In this document: positions 45,014-55,900 of the stretch, in pieces | Position numbering within the stretch: the stretch's first letter is position 1 | Layout of the letters: each line of letters starts with the position of its first letter | Assembly: GCA_963815455.1 (NCBI GenBank) | Contig: CAWFGO010000001.1 | Location: forward strand, 288,001 to 352,000 | Direction: 5' to 3' | Length of the DNA: 64,000 bases | From: an uncultured Verrucomicrobiae bacterium | GTDB lineage: Bacteria > Verrucomicrobiota > Verrucomicrobiia > Chthoniobacterales > UBA10450 | Program-made: the position numbers and the translations under genes | Notes under the pieces: model-generated | Database searches by the model: none | What the model was told of the DNA's origin: nothing | Seen by the model: only the letters and a program-made list of their open reading frames with translations

Positions 45014-45391
45014 CTAGCCCCAAGGCTTTTGCCCCTTCTTCAACTCCGCCTTCAAACGCCGGATGCGGTCGTCGGCACGCAATTTATCCGCGGTGGAGAT
45101 GGCGTTTGTCTTTTTCCAGAACAAGTCCACGACGTAGATCGCCTTTGCCTTTTCATCGACCCAAAACATCGCCCGCAACCAGCCCTGCTTCCCGATTGCC
45201 GGATCTTCGACGACTAACTCCATCCCCTCGCCGCACGGTTTGATATTTAGATCGGGAACGTTTGGGTAGAATCGCAGAGCAGAGGCTTCTCTAATAGCCG
45301 CACGGAGTTGCGCAGTCGTCAGAATTTTCTTCGCCGTCTTCTGAACAACTGGCAGTGGCAGGACTTTATAAGTAGAAGCGTGCCTGAGCAT
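45014..45391 (-). CDS. RelE/HigB (Gp49-like) toxin-fold protein
   Basis: GMEL...WLRAMFW...IYVVDLFWKKTNAI..D..RA pattern. Confidence 0.65.
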   Translation of the reverse strand: MLRHASTYKVLPLPVVQKTAKKILTTAQLRAAIREASALRFYPNVPDLNIKPCGEGMELVVEDPAIGKQGWLRAMFWVDEKAKAIYVVDLFWKKTNAISTADKLRADDRIRRLKAELKKGQKPWG

Positions 45392-45392
45392 T

Positions 45393-46673
45393 TTACGTCG
45401 CCGGCTCCCGTGGGCAGAGCAGGACCAACACGGACGCTATAATCCAGCATCCGATCATGAAGATAAATCCCGTGTTAAATGAGCCGCTGCTCTGGCTTAA
45501 ATTGCCAATGATCTTCGGCCCGATGTATCCGCCGATGCTCGCGGTGCAGTTGATGAAGCCGACCGCCGCAGCCGCAGCCGAACTGGTGAGAAAAGACGAC
45601 GGCAGCGCCCAGAACGATGGCAAATACGCGACAGTGCCGAAGCCGAGCAGCGCGAATACGGTAATGAGCAGCACATTCGAATGCGGAATAAAAAACCACG
45701 CAATCAGTGCCAGCGCGGCGGTCAGTTGAGGAGCTGCAAAATGCCAGCGCCGTTCACCCGTGCGATCGGAGCTCCAGCCTAGAATCAGCATGCCGACGAG
45801 GCCAGCACCGAACACCAATAAGGCAAACCAGCTCACGCGGAGCACGCTCCATCCGGTGAACCGCTGGAGCATCGTCGGCTCCCAAAACCAAAACGCGTAG
45901 CCGCCGGTATAGGTGAAGAAAAGTCCCGCCGTCAGCATTAATACGGCCGGATGCCGCAGCGCCTGCCAGATCGTCATCTGCTCGACGTGAGCTTTCGCGC
46001 GCCGCTCTTCCGCCAGCCGCGTCGTGATCCAATCGCGCTCGTCGGAACGCAACCATTGTGCCTCGTTAGGCCAATCCGGCAGCACGAACAACGCCACGAT
46101 TCCGAGCACGATGGCCGGGATGCCTTCGAGGAGAAACAGCCAGCGCCATCCGGGGATGCCTAGCCAGTGCACACGCAAGATGCTGCCGGCAATCGGACCA
46201 CCGAGCATAAAGCCGATCGGAATGGCGGCCATGAACCGCGCCACCGCCTTGGCCCGGTCCTGAACAATGAACCAGTGAGAAAGATAAACGATCACACCGG
46301 GAAAAAATCCGGCCTCGGCTGCGCCCAACAGGAAACGCGCGCCGTAAAGCTCCAGAGGCGTGCGCACAAAGCCTGTGAGTGTTGTGAATGCGCCCCACGT
46401 GATCAGAGTTAATGCCAGCAGAAGCCTCGCGCTCCAGCGTTCGACCAGCAACGCGCCCGGAATTTGCAGGGCGAAATAACCGATAAAGAAAATCCCGTAG
46501 GCCGTGCCGATGACCGAATCCGTCAGGCCCACATCCTTCATTCCGAGCGTCGCGTAGGCGATGTTGGTACGATCGAGATAGTTCGCGACATAAAGGAGAA
46601 AAAGGAACGGCAGCAGCCGCCACGCGATTCGACTGCGCGTCCTTGCTCCGGCGTCCGGTTGTAAAGAAGCCAT
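45393..46673 (-). CDS. MFS transporter (anion:cation symporter-like)
   Basis: YLDRTNI, RFLLGAAEAGFFPG, GWRWLFLLEG. Confidence 0.93.
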   Translation of the reverse strand: MASLQPDAGARTRSRIAWRLLPFLFLLYVANYLDRTNIAYATLGMKDVGLTDSVIGTAYGIFFIGYFALQIPGALLVERWSARLLLALTLITWGAFTTLTGFVRTPLELYGARFLLGAAEAGFFPGVIVYLSHWFIVQDRAKAVARFMAAIPIGFMLGGPIAGSILRVHWLGIPGWRWLFLLEGIPAIVLGIVALFVLPDWPNEAQWLRSDERDWITTRLAEERRAKAHVEQMTIWQALRHPAVLMLTAGLFFTYTGGYAFWFWEPTMLQRFTGWSVLRVSWFALLVFGAGLVGMLILGWSSDRTGERRWHFAAPQLTAALALIAWFFIPHSNVLLITVFALLGFGTVAYLPSFWALPSSFLTSSAAAAAVGFINCTASIGGYIGPKIIGNLSQSSGSFNTGFIFMIGCWIIASVLVLLCPREPAT

Positions 46674-46803
46674 AATGTGGGAGGGGCGTCGGCCTCCCGC
46701 CAGCCATCTAATAGCTGGTGGGGCGAGACTCTGTCGAGCCGACAAGATCAACCTGAAGCAGCGGCGATTGACCTCAACCCGCCATCGTCGTTACATTCAT
46801 TTC

Positions 46804-47208
46804 ATGAAGACATCTTTCTTCTTCGCGATGTTCATCGCACTTATTCCTGCTGCCGCCTTTTCCGTCGGCACAGAAAACTTTGCCGGCGAATATGCCGACA
46901 AGAATTATCACGGTAAATCCGTCTTCCAATTGAGCCTCGAACAAAGCGGGAGCGACGTCTCGGTATTTTTCAGCGCGGTCCACAGTGACGGAAGCGGCGC
47001 GGCGCCGGAAGCGGACGGCAAAGGCAAAGTGACCGGCGGCGCAGTTCAGTTTACCTGGACCGACAGCCTCAATAATTCCGGAACCGGCACGATCAAGAAA
47101 TCGGGCAAAGACGTGATTGTCTCGATCAAAGCAAAGAAAGTTGCTGATTCACGATGCTTGGAGTTTTACGGCGACAATATCCGCCTCAAACCGGCCGGGA
47201 AAAAGTAA
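46804..47208 (+). CDS. Secreted hypothetical protein
   Basis: Signal peptide plus beta-rich domain. Confidence 0.75.
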   Translation: MKTSFFFAMFIALIPAAAFSVGTENFAGEYADKNYHGKSVFQLSLEQSGSDVSVFFSAVHSDGSGAAPEADGKGKVTGGAVQFTWTDSLNNSGTGTIKKSGKDVIVSIKAKKVADSRCLEFYGDNIRLKPAGKK

Positions 47209-47266
47209 GGAAAATTCGCACAAAGTCCGCAACCGTCCGAGATCTGACCTGTCCTCAACCTCTGAT

Positions 47267-49087
47267 TTACACCATCGGCCGAAATCTTCCGACGATTTCC
47301 TGTAATCGGCCGGTGATCTGGCCTAACGAACACACTTCCACCGTTTCCAGCAACGCCGGGAAACAATTTTCGCCGCGATCGACCACGCCGGCGAGCTTGT
47401 CCAGCGCCCGCTTCGCTTTCTCGGCGTTTTTCTTCTTGAACTTGGTCAGACGATCGACTTGCAGCTGCTGTCGGGAACGCGGAGTCCGGGCCAGTTCCAT
47501 CTCCGGCATTTCATCGGCGCCGTTGCGGTAGCGATTCAAGCCAACGATGGGACGAGTGCCGTCGTAGATTTGCTGTTCATACCGATGCGCGGCGGTTTGA
47601 ATCTGGCTGCGTTGATAGCGGTTCTCCACAGCGGCAAGGACTCCGCCTAACGATTCGATCTGACGGAATTCATCGAGGATGGCTTTTTCGACCGCCCGCT
47701 CAACCGCTTTCATACCCGGCGAGCCGCTGAGCATGTTCATGGTGTGCTTAAAGATTCCCGATTCCTCGAGCAGGATCGCCTGGCCATGCGCGGCGAGACG
47801 GATCCATTCTTCGCTCGGAGTCGTAAACGGTTCGTCCGCGCTGTTCGAGTGGCACGAATTCGTGCCGTTCATATAGGCGAGCATCAACTCCGCAGCGGTG
47901 CGGGTGAGATTGTTTTTGAACTCAGCCGCGATGAGCGAGCGCCCGCTGGTTTGCGTATGCAGCTTGAACATCTGACCGCGTGGGCCCGCCCCAAACACGT
48001 CGCGCATTCCGATCGCCCAGATTTTTCGGGAGACGCGTGACAGGGCGATATATTCGACATCGAGACCACAATCGAGAAAGAAGGAAAGACGCGGGGCGAA
48101 TTGATCGACCGGAATTCCGCGCGCTGCCAGCATCTCCGCATAGGCAAACCCGTTTGAGATGGTGTAGGCGGCCTGCTGAACAGGAGTCGAACCGGCTTCG
48201 CCGATGTGATAGCCGCTGATCGATACCGGGTACCAACGCGGCATGTTGCCGGTCGTCCATTCAATCATATCGCATAGAAAACGGAGCGATGCTTCGGTTG
48301 GAAAAATCGTTTCGTTCTGAGCCTGCACTTCCTTGAAGATGTCGGCCTGAATCGTGCCGCGAAGTTTCGGCACAACACTCGCGCCGAAACGTCGTTTCGC
48401 GGCGGCGATGTACATCGCCATAATGATCGGCGCCGGCCCGCTAATCGTCATCGATGCGGAGAAATCGGGCGAGCCGACTTCGAATCCGTCGTAAAGCCGA
48501 ACCATGTCTTCCACTGTGTCGACTGCGACACCGCCCTCACCGATTTTTCCGAAAACGCCGTCGGCATCGGAATCGATCCCATAAAGCGTCGGGCCGTCGA
48601 ACGCGGTGCTGAGACGCTTGGAACGCTGATGCGCACTCAGAAAATGGAAACGCTTGTTCGTGTCCTCGGCCAGCATGAGCCCGGAGAACAGCCGGGTCGG
48701 CTCCTCCTGGGCACGCGCGCCGTTCTTTTTAACATTCGCTCCATTCGCAGATGTCGATCTTTTCCCGTTACTCCCCGGCTCGATTTGGGGCATGGGCTCG
48801 AGATACATTTCGCGATACGCGCCGTTCAGGAATGGAAACTCGCCCGGCAATCCGTCACCGAACAAGTAACGCGCAATTTCACCCGGTTCATCGATTTCAG
48901 GCAACGCCAGACGCGGTAACGGTAAACCAGTCGGTGCCTGCGACATTGGAATATCGGCTTTGATCTTGTTCCAGCGTTCGGTCACTTCGCGTCCAAATTT
49001 TTCATCGGACCGGGCGCGCTTCACTTGATCGAGCACAAACCTTCCGTGCTTCTCGACTGCTTCAACTACTTGTCCCAGCTTGCTCAT
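47267..49087 (-). CDS. Acyl-CoA mutase large (substrate-binding) subunit, IcmF C-terminal-like
   Basis: PTRLFSG, RLSTAFD, GTIQADIFKE, SISGYHI, QTSGRSL. Confidence 0.9.
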   Translation of the reverse strand: MSKLGQVVEAVEKHGRFVLDQVKRARSDEKFGREVTERWNKIKADIPMSQAPTGLPLPRLALPEIDEPGEIARYLFGDGLPGEFPFLNGAYREMYLEPMPQIEPGSNGKRSTSANGANVKKNGARAQEEPTRLFSGLMLAEDTNKRFHFLSAHQRSKRLSTAFDGPTLYGIDSDADGVFGKIGEGGVAVDTVEDMVRLYDGFEVGSPDFSASMTISGPAPIIMAMYIAAAKRRFGASVVPKLRGTIQADIFKEVQAQNETIFPTEASLRFLCDMIEWTTGNMPRWYPVSISGYHIGEAGSTPVQQAAYTISNGFAYAEMLAARGIPVDQFAPRLSFFLDCGLDVEYIALSRVSRKIWAIGMRDVFGAGPRGQMFKLHTQTSGRSLIAAEFKNNLTRTAAELMLAYMNGTNSCHSNSADEPFTTPSEEWIRLAAHGQAILLEESGIFKHTMNMLSGSPGMKAVERAVEKAILDEFRQIESLGGVLAAVENRYQRSQIQTAAHRYEQQIYDGTRPIVGLNRYRNGADEMPEMELARTPRSRQQLQVDRLTKFKKKNAEKAKRALDKLAGVVDRGENCFPALLETVEVCSLGQITGRLQEIVGRFRPMV

Positions 49088-50273
49088 CGTTTCCTCGCTT
49101 TCGGTTTTGGGGTGCGACGGCCGGAAACCGCCGCTCCAGAAGAACGTCTCGAAACTAAATCGTAAAGCTTATCCACGCCAGGGTCGCGGTGACGTTTTGC
49201 CACCGTGGCGACGATTTGTTGCTGACGTTTGTTTTGGGTGAGCCGGTGTTCTATCTCCGATAAAGCGGCTTTCGCGCGGTCGAGATCGGTCTTGTTCACG
49301 ACAACAATATCCGCGACATCGAGCATGACGATCTTCTGCAACTGCAAACGCGCGCCGTAATCCGGATTCATCACGAGAATTGTTTGATCGACAAGGTGAT
49401 TACGGAAAGGCAGCGCCTCCTGCCCGGTACCGACTGTTTCGATAATGACGTAATCGAAGCCGGAATTGGCGAGCAGCGCGAGACAACTTTCGGTCGCGGG
49501 CGACAAGCCGCCGGCCTGCCCCCGAGTGGCCATGCTCCGCATGAAAACGCGATCGTCCTGTGAATTAATCATGGTTGCCCGGTCGCCTAACAATGCGCCT
49601 TGGCCGATGACACTGGGGTCGTGCGACAGGATTGCGATGCGCGTCTTTCGATCTCGCGTAAGAAAACGAAGAACCAGTTCGTCGATCAGCGTCGTCTTGC
49701 CCGCACCTCCCGGCCCGGTAATCCCGATGACGCGGGCGCGCTTAACGTTTGCCTTGGGCGTTGAATGTTGATGTTGGGCGTTGATTGTTTTCCTTGCGCA
49801 AATGCGTCTTCGATCTCAGTGAGCTGCCGCGCCAGCGCGAGATCGGCCTTCGCATTGGCCCGGCGTTTACGCGCCTTCCCGTAATGCTTCTTGGCGTATT
49901 CGACCATTTCGATCAGCGACGTGCCGGCGAAAAAGATCTGGTCGACGCCCTTCTTCTTCATCAACCGGGCGTCGTCGTGGGTAATGGTGCCGCCACCGCC
50001 GCCGAAGACCGCAATGTCGTTCGCGCCTTCTTGTTTTAACTGGCGAACGACTTCGGCGAAGAATTCAATATGTCCGCCGTTGTAACTGGAAATCCCAACC
50101 GCCGCGACGTCTTCCTGAATGGCCGCGCGGACAATGTCGCTGACGTAGCGATGAAATCCGAGATAGACCACTTCGATTCCGTTGCGGATAAATTCGAGAT
50201 TGATCGTATTGATGGCGCTGTCGTGTCCATCGCAAATCGGAACGGCGGTTAGGATGCGGATCGGTGAAGCCAT
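49084..50273 (-). CDS. Cobalamin-binding domain fused to a MeaB-like GTPase (IcmF N-terminal-like); frameshift near 49770
   Basis: DGHD, SSYNGGH, GGGG; then GITGPGGAGKTT, LGDR, ETVGTGQ, NKTD in the shifted frame. Confidence 0.85.
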
Positions 50274-50357
50274 CTGGTAGACAGGATTAACAGGATTTTT
50301 CAAATTTCCAAATCAGCTTTCTTCTTTCCTGGTTTCCTGATTAATCTTCCTCCGGCC

Positions 50358-51110
50358 ATGTCTGATCTCGATTTCACCAGCAAAGTTGTGCTCGTCACGG
50401 GCAGTTCCCGCGGGATTGGCGCGGAAATGATCAAGGCTTTCGGGAAACACGGCGCCCAATGCGTGGTTAATTACATCGCCGACCCTGTCGGCCAAAACAA
50501 GGCGGATGCAGAAGCCGTGGCGCGCGAGTTGAACAAGCCAGTCCTCATTCAATGCGACATCACGCGTCCGGCGGAGGTCGAGACAATGATGAAGCAGATC
50601 GCCGATGAGTGTGGCGGGCTCGACATTCTGGTCAACAATTCCGGAGTCATTCGCGACCGCACGATCAAGAAGATGTCGATCGAAGAATTCGAAGGCGTCG
50701 TGCGGGTAAATCTCACTGGTACGTTTACCGTTATCAAAGCAGCGATGTCGATCTTGCGAGCCGGTGGCCGCGTCATCAACATGTCTTCCGTCAGCGGACA
50801 AATGGGTTTGTTCGGTCAGGCCAATTATTCCTCGAGCAAAGCGGCCATCATTGCACTTACCAAAGTTTCGGCGCGCGAGTTGGCGCGGCAAAACATTACC
50901 GTGAACGCAATCGCCCCCGGCTTCATCGACGTCGGGATGAGCAAAGGAATGCCGAACGAAGTGACGGAAAACTTCAAAAAACAAATTCCGCTCGGCCGGC
51001 TCGGCGACGCGAAGGAAATTGTCGATGCGGCGCTGTTTTTGGCCTCGCCGATGGCCTCCTATATCACCGGCCATGTCCTCGATGTGAACGGCGGTTATTA
51101 CATGGGCTGA
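50358..51110 (+). CDS. SDR family 3-oxoacyl/acetoacetyl reductase (FabG-like)
   Basis: TGSSRGIG, GQANYSSSK, NAIAPGFI. Confidence 0.92.
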   Translation: MSDLDFTSKVVLVTGSSRGIGAEMIKAFGKHGAQCVVNYIADPVGQNKADAEAVARELNKPVLIQCDITRPAEVETMMKQIADECGGLDILVNNSGVIRDRTIKKMSIEEFEGVVRVNLTGTFTVIKAAMSILRAGGRVINMSSVSGQMGLFGQANYSSSKAAIIALTKVSARELARQNITVNAIAPGFIDVGMSKGMPNEVTENFKKQIPLGRLGDAKEIVDAALFLASPMASYITGHVLDVNGGYYMG

Positions 51111-51262
51111 GCAGCGATGGCTCGAAAGCTCGCGAAATTGCTCGCTGACGATTTCGTGCCAGGCATCGTGGCATCGGCTTCCAGCCAATGGAAATCCAAA
51201 CATCGACAGGATGTCGATGCCACTCCACTGCGCAAACAGATCGGACTCTGACCGTGATCATC

Positions 51263-52375
51263 GTGCCCAATCTGCTTGCCCGAGTTATTGGAACTGCCGC
51301 AGTTTTTCTCCTCGCGTCGGGAACATCGGATGGTGCCCAGGAACTTTCAGAAGATCGCGAGCTCAAGGAACTCGATCTCAAGGTCTGGGACTGCGTGAGT
51401 CACTTTGAGGGAAGTGCTCGAACGCCCGATGGCGTCGAGCGCAATCGCCTCAAGAATCGTTCGCCGCTCGAACTGGCCGGGCAAAATATTTCCTCGATGG
51501 ATACGGCAGCGTTCCTGCGTCACCTGGCTGACTTCGATTCGCAAACAAAAAACAAAAAGCGAAAAGAGGTAAGCCCGGCACAGAAAAAACAACTCGACTT
51601 GCTTGAAAAGCAAATCGTCTCGCTGACGGGCTACCTCGTCCTGGTCTATCCCGGCCCTCCTGAAACAACCAATTGCAAGAGCGTGGATTTTCACGATTGG
51701 CACTTGGAGGTTTGTGAAAAACCGCCCGATCATCCGCCACAAATCGGCGATCCAACTCCGATCATTTGCGAAATCAGCCCGCGAACACAGACCGCGATTT
51801 ACCAGGACAACATCCGTCTCCAACAGTTGTCCGCGTATTTTCGCCGGTCCGATCTGACCTATGAATCCACCGGGCACAAGGCGCAGAAGATTCGCGTGAC
51901 CGGCTATCTTTTGTGGGATGACGAGCACAATGATTCGCAAAAGGATGTCGGAACGACTATTCGCTCGATCGGCCGGGACCTGTACCATCACCCGTGGCGA
52001 TCCAGCGCGTGGGAAATTCATCCGGTGTTAAAGATCGAGAAGCTCGACGGGGTCATCCCGCGGGCGGAAAGCCCGCCGCCTTCTACGCCACCTGAAGTTT
52101 CACCGTCACCCGGCGAAACAACACCTCCAGAAGCGCCGGTCGCTCCAAGTGCGTCGCCGCCGATGCCAACACCTGTTCCGACTGCCACGCCGCAGAGATA
52201 CGTCACCATTCTGCGACAAGTGAAAATCAAGATCCCTTACGGCGAGACCGTCCTGCAACGCGGGATGCGATTGCCAATCATATCGAGCAACGAAAAAACG
52301 GTCACGGTTGAATACATGGGCAAGAAACATCTGATTCCAATCGAATCGACCGATCTGCGGGAGAGGTCAAAATAG
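51263..52375 (+). CDS. Secreted hypothetical protein with Pro-rich linker (start uncertain)
   Basis: DWHLE...RVTGYLLWD...WEIHPV domain, Pro-rich linker and a small C-terminal domain. Confidence 0.75.
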   Translation: MPNLLARVIGTAAVFLLASGTSDGAQELSEDRELKELDLKVWDCVSHFEGSARTPDGVERNRLKNRSPLELAGQNISSMDTAAFLRHLADFDSQTKNKKRKEVSPAQKKQLDLLEKQIVSLTGYLVLVYPGPPETTNCKSVDFHDWHLEVCEKPPDHPPQIGDPTPIICEISPRTQTAIYQDNIRLQQLSAYFRRSDLTYESTGHKAQKIRVTGYLLWDDEHNDSQKDVGTTIRSIGRDLYHHPWRSSAWEIHPVLKIEKLDGVIPRAESPPPSTPPEVSPSPGETTPPEAPVAPSASPPMPTPVPTATPQRYVTILRQVKIKIPYGETVLQRGMRLPIISSNEKTVTVEYMGKKHLIPIESTDLRERSK

Positions 52376-52418
52376 AACCCGCGCTGTTATAATGCGCTGG
52401 CGACAGCGCACGCCCCGT

Positions 52419-52480
52419 TGTAGCCGGGGTCGTTGACCCCGGTTTCTGGAATTCGGCCGAGGTCGGCGCCCTCGGCTACA
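52419..52480. repeat. GTAG-type REP doublet
   Basis: tgtagccgggg...cctcggctaca; relative at 53322-53398. Confidence 0.8.
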
Positions 52481-53282
52481 GTTTTACGCGCTCGACATGC
52501 GAATAAATATTGAACGAAGGTGGGCGCAGAAATCCGATGAGAGTTTGATTGCTTTCGCGGGCGAAACTTACCGCCAGCGATGAAGGAGCGGACACTGACG
52601 CGACAATTGGAACGCCGCCAGCGAGCGCTTTTTGCATGATTTCGAAAGACGCGCGGCCGCTGACCAGAAGAAGATGTCGATCCAACGGGAGTAGTTCGTC
52701 GAGAAACGCGCGGCCGATTGCTTTATCGACTGCGTTGTGACGGCCGATGTCTTCGCGAGCAACGATCAATTTCCCATCGACATCGAAAATCCCGGCCGCA
52801 TGGATTCCACCGGTGCGCGTGAAATCTCCCTGCTGTTCGCGAAGTTTCGCCGGCAACGAAAGTAATGTGCCGATGTCGATCCTAATGTCAGTCGATCGAA
52901 TCGCCGGGAAACTCTGACGAATCACGTCGATCCCGGCCTTGCCGCAAAGGCCACAACTGCTCGAAATCGTTCCGAATCGTTGCACCGAATTGAGTTCCAC
53001 TTTTACACCGGACGCAAGATCGACATCGATCGTGTTCTCATCGCCAATCGCAATCTTCGCGATCTCGTCGCGGCCACGAACAATTGCTTCGGAAATCAGA
53101 AATCCGGCGGCGAGCTCTTCATCGTGACCGGGAGTTCGCATCGTGGTGGCCAAAACTCTGCCGCCGACGCGAATCTCAAGCGGCTCCTCGATTGTGAGAT
53201 CATCCGGCTGATACTCGAGTTCGCCGTCGCTCTTGCGTCGGATAATTTTTTCCGAACCGATTCCGTCCGCACGTTCATTCAT
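52476..53282 (-). CDS. fdhD: Formate dehydrogenase accessory sulfurtransferase
   Basis: EEPLEI, MRTPG, SSCGLCG, REDIGRHNAVDK. Confidence 0.95.
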   Translation of the reverse strand: MNERADGIGSEKIIRRKSDGELEYQPDDLTIEEPLEIRVGGRVLATTMRTPGHDEELAAGFLISEAIVRGRDEIAKIAIGDENTIDVDLASGVKVELNSVQRFGTISSSCGLCGKAGIDVIRQSFPAIRSTDIRIDIGTLLSLPAKLREQQGDFTRTGGIHAAGIFDVDGKLIVAREDIGRHNAVDKAIGRAFLDELLPLDRHLLLVSGRASFEIMQKALAGGVPIVASVSAPSSLAVSFARESNQTLIGFLRPPSFNIYSHVERVKL

Positions 53283-53427
53283 GAAAACCTTTCGAACATC
53301 CAGCCCGCGATTACTCGCCGTTGTAGCCGAGGGCGCCGACCTCGGCCAGCCCAAGATTTTCACGCCAAAGAATGCCGCGGTCAGCGCCCGCGGCTACAAC
53401 TCGCAGGAAGAATCAACCGATGTTATC

Positions 53428-53904
53428 ATGAACGCCGTGGAAATCTGTCATCTTTACATTTCGCCGGGGCACAATTTTGTCGATCATCACGGGCGTGAAC
53501 CGGATAAGTTTCCGGCGATTGAGGTCGAGACAATCGAATGCGTAGCCGGCCGCGGAATCCGAGGCGATCGCTATTTCGATCACAAGGAAGATTACAAAGG
53601 CCAGATCACATTTTTCTCCGAAGAGGTTTTCGACGAACTCTGCGGCGCCTTACAGGTCGAGGGCAGCTCGCCGTCGCTCCCGCGGCGAAACGTGATCACG
53701 CGCGGGGTCGATCTAAACGAATTGATCGGAAAGGAATTTGAAATCCAGGGCGTGCGTTTTTTTGGCACTCAGGAATGTGCCCCGTGCCATTGGATGGACG
53801 ACGCGATTGCTCCCGGTGCCAAAGAACTTCTCAAAGGCCGCGGCGGTCTGCGGGCAAAAATTCTCAGCGATGGCGAATTGCGTTCCAACAATCTGCCATC
53901 CTGA
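53428..53904 (+). CDS. MOSC domain protein
   Basis: GIRGDRY, RRNVITRG, CAPCHWM, GRGGLRA. Confidence 0.9.
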   Translation: MNAVEICHLYISPGHNFVDHHGREPDKFPAIEVETIECVAGRGIRGDRYFDHKEDYKGQITFFSEEVFDELCGALQVEGSSPSLPRRNVITRGVDLNELIGKEFEIQGVRFFGTQECAPCHWMDDAIAPGAKELLKGRGGLRAKILSDGELRSNNLPS

Positions 53905-54172
53905 GCGGAGTCGAAGGATCTCATTATTTTTCAGAAAGGAATTAGAGACCTCTCGACTTCACTCGACATGACAGGAATCGAGATCGCGCGCATAACTCTG
54001 TCATCCCGAGCCCAGCGCCCGCCAGGCCGTAGCTTTATGCGAAGGCTGGAGGGACCTCTCTTCCGGTCGAAGGGACGCAAGCGTTCATTTCGTCTAGATC
54101 GACAGCGACGCGCTGCGAAACACGGCATCATATTCTTCATTCGTGGGATCCTTCGCCTTCGCTCAGGATGAC
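53895..54172. repeat. Two tandem GTCAT..ATGAC repeats; the second is a long copy with a nested insertion
   Basis: 53895-53972 and 54000-54172; the latter aligns with 60279-60417. Confidence 0.85.
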
Positions 54173-54178
54173 AGGAAG

Positions 54179-54767
54179 ATGACAATCAGCGCAGTGCTAC
54201 TTGCCGGCGGTGAATCGCGCCGGATGGGCCAGGACAAGGCGACCGTTCTTTTCGACAGAAAACCGCTTTGGCAAATTCAGCTCGATCTCCTGCGCAAATT
54301 GCAGCCGTCGGAAGCTTCTTGTTTCCGCGAAAACGGATCCGGCCTGGCGACCGTCGGACGTAGTATTCGTGCCCGACAAACTGCCGTCACGCGGCCCGCT
54401 TGGCGGACTGGCAGCAACGTTAGGCCGGATTCGAACGAAACACTTGCTGGTTCTGGCCATTGACATGCCATTTATGAACGAAGAACACTTGCGCTTTCTT
54501 TGTCGACAGATCGAACCCGGCTGTGGGATTCTGCCGATGATCGGCGACCAGGCCGAACCGCTGGCGGCGGTTTATCCGATCGAAGCGGATGTCGATGTTG
54601 CCGCCGCGCTTTCCGGCGCCGATTTTTCGATGCAGGCGCTTACGAATCGACTTGTGAAGGCCGGTAAATTGCGCGTGGTTCAAGTAGCCGGCGAAGAGCG
54701 CAGTTTCTACCGCAATCTCAATGAACCCGCCGATATGAAGGACGCGAATCAGGGCGAAAAATCATGA
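54179..54767 (+). CDS. mobA: Molybdenum cofactor guanylyltransferase; frameshift near 54316
   Basis: LLAGGESRRMGQDKA; then GPLGG, AIDMPF, EPLAAVY, NLN in the next frame. Confidence 0.88.
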
Positions 54768-55063
54768 CCGAAGATAATCAAGAATTGTTGGAGCGCGCCG
54801 ACCGCGACATCAACGACGAGACTGATCAGCCCACAAGCTTTTGGCAGCAGAACATCAAGATTGCCCGGCGGATAATCGTCGCCGTGGTCGGGACAACGGT
54901 TTTGCTATTCGGTATTGCTCTAATTCTTTTGCCCGGGCCCGCAGTCATCGTAATTCCGATCGGGCTGGCCATTCTGGCAACGGAGTTCGCCTGGGCGCGG
55001 CATTGGCTGAAGAAAATTCGGCAGGTCACCGATAAGGTCGTTTTCTGGAAAAGAAAGCCGTAA
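54764..55063 (+). CDS. PGPGW-like small membrane protein
   Basis: LPGPA...GLAILATEFAWAR. Confidence 0.85.
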   Translation: MTEDNQELLERADRDINDETDQPTSFWQQNIKIARRIIVAVVGTTVLLFGIALILLPGPAVIVIPIGLAILATEFAWARHWLKKIRQVTDKVVFWKRKP

Positions 55064-55104
55064 CCTGTTCAATGGCGGTTTGACCAACATCGCCGCCGAT
55101 CACA

Positions 55105-55891
55105 ATGGCTGACTTGATCCAGAAAATTGCGGATTCGTCCGACTCTGAGTTGACTGCGCCGCCGGAGCGGGCGGACGAGATTTTCCTGGAAGGGCCGCGC
55201 TCGCGTTTCGAAGAAGCGATTACGCTTTTCAAAGTGATGCGCGATTTCCTGCGCGGGTTTCGCGTCCTGCACTTTGTCGGTCCGTGCGTGACTGTTTTCG
55301 GCTCGGCCCGAATCAAACCGGACGCTCCCGCTTACGAGACCGCCCGCAAAATGGGAGAGATGATCGCCCGGCTCGGGTTTACCGTGATGACCGGTGGCGG
55401 TCCCGGCATCATGGAAGCGGCCAATCGCGGCGCCAAAGAAATCGGCGGGCGCTCAGTCGGGTGCAACATCGAGCTGCCGTTCGAGCAGGCGCCTAACGCC
55501 TATCTCGATCGTTGCGTAAAGATGCATTATTTTTTCGTCCGCAAAGTTCTGCTTCTGAAATATTCCTACGCCTTCGTATTCATGCAGGGCGGCGCTGGCA
55601 CCTGCGACGAATTATTTGAAGCGCTCACGCTCATTCAAACCGGCAAAATAAAAAACTTTCCCGATTGTGGTGATGGGAACCGATTATTGGCGGGAACTGA
55701 TCGTCGATGATCAAAAAATGGCCGACAACAAAATGATCGCGACTACCGATCTGGATCTCCTTTACGCAACCGATTCGGTCGAAGCCGCTATCGAACACAT
55801 CCGAGAAAAGGCCATCAAACCCTTCGGGCTCAAACGCGTCCCGCGTCGCAATTTGCCCTGGCTCGGCGAACAGGGATTGCTGAAATCCTGA
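55105..55891 (+). CDS. LOG family (TIGR00730-like) protein; frameshift near 55662
   Basis: VTVFGSAR, TGGGPGIMEAANRGA, YFFVRK; tail in ORF 55667..55891. Confidence 0.88.
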
Positions 55892-55900
55892 ACTGTCGGG

